From Candidatus Heimdallarchaeum aukensis (lineage in GTDB: Archaea; Asgardarchaeota; Heimdallarchaeia; Heimdallarchaeales; Heimdallarchaeaceae), in assembly GCA_021513695.1 (NCBI GenBank), contig CP084166.1, forward strand, positions 576,001-640,000: a stretch of DNA of 64,000 bases. The letters are read 5' to 3'. Numbering within the stretch: position 1 is the stretch's first letter; each line of letters opens with the position of its first letter. The notes beneath the pieces are model-generated. The model made no database searches, was not told where the DNA came from, and was given only the letters and a program-made list of their open reading frames with translations. The translations under genes were made by a program, and so were the position numbers. Shown in pieces: positions 57,494 through 64,000 of this stretch.

Positions 57494-59419
57494 TTAATTA
57501 ATATATGTTAGAATGAAAGAATCTTGTATAAGATCTTCTATTTTCTTTTCTTCTATTTTGTCAAAAAACTTACCTGTTTTTGGAATGGAAGTTAGTTTAT
57601 GCCATAATTCCTCGAATTTTCCAATGTTATTAACAAAGTTATCTATCTTTTTATTGGCAGTGAAAGAAGAGCCTTTGAACACATAACAAAAGATTATTCC
57701 TTCCTTGTTTTTGAACGTCAAAAAGTAGTCATGATATTCTACTTGCTTGATTGAACCTTCTGTTGCTAAAACCTCTTTTAATATGTTATTTAAAGCAGAA
57801 AGGAATCCTGAAAATAGAATACTGTCATATTTCTCCTCACTAAAGTTATAACTGTAAAGTGGTATTCCATGTTCATTTAGAATAAGCAACATAACTGGAG
57901 TGTCTTTTTCTATTACTTCGAGTTCGTAGCTAACCCTTTGTATCATCTGCGAAACTAAAGTGTCAACTTGTGTTTTTTCTATTCTTTTCTTTATACTCAC
58001 ATCAGAATTAAGAATTGCTTTCCATTTATTATGTTCTCTTACAATTGAATCATATTCTAAACTTATTTTTTGAGCTAAATTGTCTAATCCTTGAGAAAAA
58101 GCTATCTCCTGCGCTTTTAATAAATCCTCTTGAGCTTCATCAAGATTTAGTTGAATTAGATTAATCTTTCCTTTTAACCAGTAAGCTTCTGCTAAGAGAG
58201 ACCTAGATATTTGCATTTCTGCAATTTTTAATAGCTGAATGTTTATATCCTTTAGTTCATCTATAATTTCGCTTTCATTAAAAATAGTAAGCTCTTCTAG
58301 CAATATTTCAGTAAGGTTTAACATCGCATGAATATTTATCTCATTGTAAATTTCATTCGTTCTAATAATAGAATGAAGAAGAGAGATAGCTTTCGCTTGT
58401 GAAACAAATCTTTTTCGCTCTTTTAATACACTTGCTTCTGTTAGTTTAGCATAAAAACTCAAAAACTTGTTTTTTTCCTTTCTAGATAATTTTTTTAATT
58501 CTTTCAAGTATTCCTGAGCTTTCGATATTTGCCCTAGTAAAATGTGTAACTTAGTCAAATAATAGGTGGATTCAGCTATAATATAGTTAAATTTAACTAA
58601 TTTTGCATAATTTATACTTTTATCGAAAAAATCTAAAGCTAGATTAAACTCTCCTTTACTGAAATAAACGATGCCTATATTATTGAAAACTTGTGAAATT
58701 CCAAAAATATTTTCTTTTTCTTGATAGTTAATTAAAGCATCGTTATATAGTTCAACCGCTTTATTTAGATTTCCTTTTAATCTATAAATCTCACCTATAG
58801 AAATTAAAGTATTGTTAATTATTTGCTTCGAGTTTAAAAATTCACCATAAACAAGACACTCTTCAAAACAAGCAAGGCTTTGATTTAGATTTCCTTTTTG
58901 GGCATTTATTTTTCCTTCTCTATATTTTAAAAAAGCATAAATTTTGGTCTCATTCTTCTCTTTAACTAATTGTAAAGATTTTTTTACTAAATTCAGTGCT
59001 CGTGGTAGATCTTTATAGATAACCAGTAAAGCTTGGCAGAGATTGAAAATGGCATTAACTTCATTTTTATCTTTCTTAATTACCTTTGATTTTGTTTTTT
59101 TGAAGTGTAATAAAATTTCTTCACTTTTTTTGTTTTGTGATAAAAGGAGAGAAAAAACCTCTATCAAATAATAGTAAACATAGAAATCATTAGCCATAAG
59201 TTCTTTCTCATTTTCAAGGTAACTTAAAAGTTGAAGGCCAAATACTTTGCAATCCTCTACTTTACCAAACTCATAAGCTGTTTCAACTTTGTGATTTAAT
59301 AAACTTCTTTTTTCAATTGAAGGTTGTTTTCTCTCTTCTTCATGGTTATTTATTTGGGTAATAATTTCAGAATATTTGGTTGAATCTAGAATTTTTTCGT
59401 TTTCTATGAAATCTATCAC
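57494..59419 (-). CDS. TPR-repeat protein with C-terminal Roadblock/LC7 domain (paralogue of 46018..48018)
   Basis: TPR helices through residues 60-470. C-terminus VMLLILNEHGIPLYSYNF...ILFSGFLSALNNILKEVLA...DYFLTFKNKEGIIFCYVFKG. Confidence 0.6.
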   Translation of the reverse strand: MIDFIENEKILDSTKYSEIITQINNHEEERKQPSIEKRSLLNHKVETAYEFGKVEDCKVFGLQLLSYLENEKELMANDFYVYYYLIEVFSLLLSQNKKSEEILLHFKKTKSKVIKKDKNEVNAIFNLCQALLVIYKDLPRALNLVKKSLQLVKEKNETKIYAFLKYREGKINAQKGNLNQSLACFEECLVYGEFLNSKQIINNTLISIGEIYRLKGNLNKAVELYNDALINYQEKENIFGISQVFNNIGIVYFSKGEFNLALDFFDKSINYAKLVKFNYIIAESTYYLTKLHILLGQISKAQEYLKELKKLSRKEKNKFLSFYAKLTEASVLKERKRFVSQAKAISLLHSIIRTNEIYNEINIHAMLNLTEILLEELTIFNESEIIDELKDINIQLLKIAEMQISRSLLAEAYWLKGKINLIQLNLDEAQEDLLKAQEIAFSQGLDNLAQKISLEYDSIVREHNKWKAILNSDVSIKKRIEKTQVDTLVSQMIQRVSYELEVIEKDTPVMLLILNEHGIPLYSYNFSEEKYDSILFSGFLSALNNILKEVLATEGSIKQVEYHDYFLTFKNKEGIIFCYVFKGSSFTANKKIDNFVNNIGKFEELWHKLTSIPKTGKFFDKIEEKKIEDLIQDSFILTYIN

Positions 59420-59679
59420 CTTAACAAAGAATTTAATAAATTCGCTTCCTTCAACTTAAAGAATATTTCTATTTACGTGCGTGATTTGTATTATAATGAA
59501 ATTATTGATTTTTAAACCTATAACTAAATTATTCTTAAGCTTCTACTTCTCTTTTTTTAATTTGAAAGATTTAAATAGATTCAAGTCACAAAATTACCAA
59601 TAAATTGGAAAAAATAAATAAATGCATCTAAAAATTGGATTTTATTCAGTTAAAAATAGAATTTTAAAGAGTTGATAAG

Positions 59680-62600
59680 ATGAAAAAGAAGACAATAACT
59701 TTGATCTTTATACTGTTAATAATGATTCAAGTATCTTCTTTATTTATAGAAACAGAAGCTTCAAATTACATATATACTCAACTTAAGTGGAGAAAAATAT
59801 CAAGCTACAATTATGGAGAAGCTTCTTTCTTTGACTATGATAAAGACGGAAAATTAGATGTTTTTTTTAAAACAGCAGAAGGCATAGAAATTTACAATCA
59901 TAAAGGAAATCTATTAAAGAAAATTCATGGTTATTTCCAATATACCCCCACAATTACAGACCTAGAAAAAGATGGAGATTTAGAGTTTATTACTCAAAAC
60001 TACTATGGAATAGAAATATACGATTCTACCGGACAATTAAAAGAACAGAACTTAACTTTATATAGTGCCTACGCGAGAATTGTGGTTGCAGACATTAACA
60101 ATGACGGGATACAAGAAATAATTTATCATTCCACAGGTGATATAATATGCTTCAACAATCAATTAGAAGAAATTTGGAGCTATAAATTTGAAAATCCAGA
60201 CTATTATGGAAGTATTTATGATCTCGTAGTTAATTCAGATGCAGATTCTGAAAAAGAAATTGTAGTTTATTATGACAACTCGATTTATCTATTTAATACA
60301 GATGGTGAAAAAAAATGGTCAAAATCCTTACCTTCTGAAGGAATTGTCGCTTATGATTTTAATGATGATGGTATAGATGAAATAATTGGAACCAAATCAT
60401 CAGATTACACAATTTACTCTTTAAACAGTCAAGATGGTTCTGAATTGTGGATTAATGAAATGGCTGTAAACTTAAACCCTTTGCCTATTGACCTTGATCA
60501 AGATGGAATTGTAGAATTAATAGCTCTTTCTACTGATAATGACAAGTCTGAATCTTATATTAATTATATCAATGGAAAAACAGGAGAAGTAGAAGAACAG
60601 GTAACTGTAGATCAAAGATTCTTTACTAATTCATATTACGAATTCTTTCCTGAAACTCCAGCTGTAGGAGATTTTGATGGTAATGGGGTGTTGGACCTTA
60701 TCTTTCTTGCTTTTTCATATGCTTATAGTGTTGCTACACTGATTTATTCTGCAGATGGGTATAGAATAGCAGAATTTGACGAGGGTTCACTAACAACTCC
60801 AACAATTGTTGACCTGGATGGTAATGGAAGAACAGAAATAATGATACGTGATTATTCAGGAATATTCTGCTATGAGGTTACTGGATCAACTTCTGGAAAA
60901 AATATCTGGTATAAAGAAAGAGGAAATATAGCTAATACAATGGTAGTAGATACAGATGGAGACTTGCTAGATGATATAAGCGAAGAATTTTATGGTTCAG
61001 ATAAAGGAAAAGAAGATACTGACGGTGATACCCTTTTAGACGGAATAGAGATAATTGGTTCTGGTTCTTCACCTATAAAACAAGACACTGATGGAGATGG
61101 TTTAACAGATGATGTTGAATATGAATTAGGTTTCAACCCAAGATTAAATGACTTAGATTTGGATTATGATGATGATAGTTTAACCAATTATGATGAAGTA
61201 TTTGTTTATTCAACAAATCCTATGTCTAATGATACAGATAACGATTTACTACTTGATAATGAAGAAATTAATACTTATGGAACGTCTCCAACAAACAACG
61301 ACACAGATGCAGATGGTGTTATTGATGGAGAAGAAGTACATACTTACGGAACATCACCATTAGATAATGATTCAGATGACGATGGAATGGAAGACGGATA
61401 TGAAGTCTTATACAACTTAGATCCTCTTGTAAATGATAGTTATGGAGATATTGACTCAGATGGTTTGTTAAATATTGAAGAGTTTACATACAATTCAAAC
61501 AGTTCAAATGTAGACACAGATAATGACACAATTTCAGATGGTGATGAAGTTCATACTTATGGAACGTCTCCAACAAACAATGATTCTGATGGAGATAATC
61601 TCACAGATAATGAAGAAATTTATACTTATGGAACGTCTCCAACAAACAACGACACAGACGCAGATATTATGTGGGATGGTTGGGAGATTGAATATGGATT
61701 TAATCCCTTAATCGACGATGGAGATGAAGATTTAGATTCTGACGGTCTTTCCAATGCTGAAGAATTTATTTATTCAACAGAGCCTAACAATACTGACTCA
61801 GATTCTGACCAACTCCTTGATGGAGAAGAAGTACATACTTATGGAACAGACCCTGCTAAAATTGATAGTGACGAGGATGAGCTTACTGATTATGAAGAAG
61901 TTATAGTTTATACAACAAATCCTGTGTCTAACGATACTGATAATGACTTAATGGGTGATTATTATGAGGTTAATCATGGTTTAAACCCCCTTGTAAACGA
62001 TACTTTAGGCGATCTTGACAATGATACTCTAACAAATTATGAAGAATTTTTACTTGGTACTTTACCTAATAACAATGATACTGATGGAGATGGAATGAGT
62101 GATGGTTTTGAGTATCAATATGGACTAATTTTAACTGACAATGATTCTTCATTGGACAAGGATAAGGATGGTTTATCTAACCTTGACGAATTTTTACATA
62201 ATACCAACCCTCTCTCTAATGATACTGATGGAGATGGAATGTTTGATGGTTTTGAAGTGCAATATAACCTTAACCCAAATTTAAATGATTCTGCAGGAGA
62301 CCCTGATGCTGATGGAATATCAAATATTGATGAAATGAAATATGGTTCATCACCAATTAGCTCTGATACAGACAGTGACCGTCTAACCGATCCTGAAGAG
62401 ATATTCATCTATCACTCTAATCCTGCAATAAAAGATACAGATGGAGATGGTTTAGAAGATGGAGAAGAAGTACTTGATTTTGGTACAAGCCCAACTAACG
62501 AGGATACAGACGGGGACACTCTTAGTGACTATGTAGAGATTTATGTTTTCCTCACTGACCCAACAGACCCTGATACAGATAACGATGGAATGAATGATGG

Positions 62601-63624
62601 AGAAGAAATAGAAATAGGAAAAGATCCGCTTACTAAAAACTACTACACACCACTTTCTAAACTTCTACTTATATTGCCTATTGTTGGAGGAATAGTCCTC
62701 TTTGGTGGCTTAATATATGGAGCTATGATTTTTTCTAAGAAAATTAAAGAGAGAAAGCGTAAAGAGATAGTAGAAAAAGAGATTCTGTTGCTTAAATCTG
62801 AGCATCTAAATTTAGATGACAGGATAAACATTCTAGCAAAAAAAGAATCTATTTTTACTGATAAAATCACTTTTCGCTCTTTGGTTGATGTGACTAAACT
62901 CTATTTCAACTTTCTTGCAAAATTTGACGATAAATACACTTTAATTACTAAATTCAAAGAAGTTGGTAATCTTCAGGAATGGAATGAAGTGAAGGAGAAA
63001 GCTTTTTCATCCTTTGAACGGCTATTAAATACAATAAAAGACAATCTCCATTCCTTTGACATAAACGACATAATAAAGAATCAGTATCCTTCACTAATAA
63101 ATCTTGAAAAGAAAGGCGAACTAACAGCAAAAGAACTCTTACAAGTTCATTCTGATGGAAAAGATTTACACCTCTATGTTGAAGAATTCAAAAAATATCT
63201 AAAGATTTTACTAAGAAGATTGAACGCTTTAGAATCTCTCTTTTCAACTAAAGATGAGCTTTTGGATATTGTTGCTTCAAGTTCAATTATTACTGCTCTA
63301 AAAGAAAAAGATTCATTAATTACTCAACTAGAGAGGAACGAGATCAAATATGTTCGAGAAAAAATAAATGCAGAAAATCATTGTATTTACTGTGGTATTC
63401 AACTACATGATGATGCTAAAACATGTTCAAACTGCCAACGCACTCTTCCTTCTTGCCCTATTTGTAAAAATACTTTCAGATTCTTTGATGAAGTCTATAC
63501 TTGTCCCGAATGCTTTTCAAAGATTCATAAAGATGAACTGGAGATTTGGTTAGGAGATAAAGGAACTTGTCCTAAATGTAACAAATCTATTACTTTATAC
63601 AACTTAGATGTTGAAATAATCTAA
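59680..63624 (+). CDS. giant type-I membrane protein: signal peptide, FG-GAP (integrin-alpha-like) beta-propeller, ~20 TSP3-like Ca-binding repeats, TM helix, cytoplasmic coiled-coil and C-terminal 10-Cys zinc finger
   Basis: Signal ITLIFILLIMIQVSSLFI. FG-GAP blades DYDKDGKLDVFF, DLEKDGDLEFIT, DINNDGIQEIIY, DFNDDGIDEIIG, DLDQDGIVELIA, DFDGNGVLDLIF, DLDGNGRTEIMI. About 23-aa repeats N(D/T)TDxDGxxDGEEVHTYGTSPxN. TM LLILPIVGGIVLFGGLIYGAMIF. Tail CIYCG..CSNCQ..CPICK..CPEC..H..CPKCN. Confidence 0.7.
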   Translation: MKKKTITLIFILLIMIQVSSLFIETEASNYIYTQLKWRKISSYNYGEASFFDYDKDGKLDVFFKTAEGIEIYNHKGNLLKKIHGYFQYTPTITDLEKDGDLEFITQNYYGIEIYDSTGQLKEQNLTLYSAYARIVVADINNDGIQEIIYHSTGDIICFNNQLEEIWSYKFENPDYYGSIYDLVVNSDADSEKEIVVYYDNSIYLFNTDGEKKWSKSLPSEGIVAYDFNDDGIDEIIGTKSSDYTIYSLNSQDGSELWINEMAVNLNPLPIDLDQDGIVELIALSTDNDKSESYINYINGKTGEVEEQVTVDQRFFTNSYYEFFPETPAVGDFDGNGVLDLIFLAFSYAYSVATLIYSADGYRIAEFDEGSLTTPTIVDLDGNGRTEIMIRDYSGIFCYEVTGSTSGKNIWYKERGNIANTMVVDTDGDLLDDISEEFYGSDKGKEDTDGDTLLDGIEIIGSGSSPIKQDTDGDGLTDDVEYELGFNPRLNDLDLDYDDDSLTNYDEVFVYSTNPMSNDTDNDLLLDNEEINTYGTSPTNNDTDADGVIDGEEVHTYGTSPLDNDSDDDGMEDGYEVLYNLDPLVNDSYGDIDSDGLLNIEEFTYNSNSSNVDTDNDTISDGDEVHTYGTSPTNNDSDGDNLTDNEEIYTYGTSPTNNDTDADIMWDGWEIEYGFNPLIDDGDEDLDSDGLSNAEEFIYSTEPNNTDSDSDQLLDGEEVHTYGTDPAKIDSDEDELTDYEEVIVYTTNPVSNDTDNDLMGDYYEVNHGLNPLVNDTLGDLDNDTLTNYEEFLLGTLPNNNDTDGDGMSDGFEYQYGLILTDNDSSLDKDKDGLSNLDEFLHNTNPLSNDTDGDGMFDGFEVQYNLNPNLNDSAGDPDADGISNIDEMKYGSSPISSDTDSDRLTDPEEIFIYHSNPAIKDTDGDGLEDGEEVLDFGTSPTNEDTDGDTLSDYVEIYVFLTDPTDPDTDNDGMNDGEEIEIGKDPLTKNYYTPLSKLLLILPIVGGIVLFGGLIYGAMIFSKKIKERKRKEIVEKEILLLKSEHLNLDDRINILAKKESIFTDKITFRSLVDVTKLYFNFLAKFDDKYTLITKFKEVGNLQEWNEVKEKAFSSFERLLNTIKDNLHSFDINDIIKNQYPSLINLEKKGELTAKELLQVHSDGKDLHLYVEEFKKYLKILLRRLNALESLFSTKDELLDIVASSSIITALKEKDSLITQLERNEIKYVREKINAENHCIYCGIQLHDDAKTCSNCQRTLPSCPICKNTFRFFDEVYTCPECFSKIHKDELEIWLGDKGTCPKCNKSITLYNLDVEII
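61230..62640 (+). repeat. nucleotide-level tandem/dispersed repeats encoding the TSP3-like units of the giant protein
   Basis: acttatggaacgtctccaacaaacaa(c/t)ga recurs at about 61274, 61556 and 61624; longer about 90% identical blocks 61240-61400 vs 61540-61690. Confidence 0.55.
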
Positions 63625-63722
63625 CTTTTTCTTTTCTTTTATAGGTTTTATTACTTTCAGTTACCTCTCTCTCTGTTACTGAAAATAGGTAAATATTTAA
63701 CCTTAAAAAACTAATAACTCTT

Positions 63723-64000
63723 ATGCCTATCAAATTCGATTTTTCTGCTTATTATGCGTTTAAAGAATTAATAAAAAAGAAAGTAGGAAAAGAAAAAATC
63801 AACAAAGAGTTAGAAGAATTATTTTCGATAAAAGGATATGAGCTATTATTTGAACGAGAGTATAACAAAGAATTTTTCTCAAATGTATTTAAATTTGTCC
63901 TATATCCTGAATTAGCTGAAGTTACAGAGAAAAATCAACTAAAAAGATATGAAAGGTACATTAATCATTTTAATAATATTATTTCTATTCAAGAACAAAT
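63723..64000 (+). CDS. hypothetical protein, 3'-partial (runs off window)
   Basis: ATG at 63723 (MPIKFDFSAYYAFKELIKKKVGKEKINKELEELF...) open to the window end. Confidence 0.3.
   Translation, partial: MPIKFDFSAYYAFKELIKKKVGKEKINKELEELFSIKGYELLFEREYNKEFFSNVFKFVLYPELAEVTEKNQLKRYERYINHFNNIISIQEQ

Noticed and set aside
1-64000. tRNA/rRNA genes
   Set aside because: No intergenic segment shows the locally GC-rich, stem-forming signature expected of tRNAs in a roughly 30% GC genome, and none is long enough for rRNA. Not excluded without a covariance-model scan.

Overview
AT-rich (about 30% GC) archaeal chromosomal window, gene-dense on both strands. I suspect an Asgard (Lokiarchaeota-like) genome. 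The basis is two tandem Rab/Ras-like small GTPases, three proteins ending in Roadblock/LC7 (MglB-like) domains, a membrane-less complex-I/hydrogenase-like NuoB-C-D-I module, and a giant integrin-like (FG-GAP + TSP3-repeat) transmembrane protein whose cytoplasmic tail ends in a Cys-rich zinc finger. Other content: a decayed type I restriction-modification locus (hsdR plus half hsdS, no hsdM) abutting an intact IS6-like insertion sequence, with a truncated copy of the same IS 34 kb downstream; an orphan RHH antitoxin and two unknown genes beside the RM remnant; H+-pyrophosphatase; P-type ATPase; ABC-2 exporter; MMPL transporter with divergent TetR regulator; two MFS transporters; two paralogous secreted parallel beta-helix proteins; a six-fold zinc-ribbon protein; several metabolic enzymes. 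No rRNA, tRNA or CRISPR array was recognised. All calls are from reading motifs in the supplied translations; no database search was possible.
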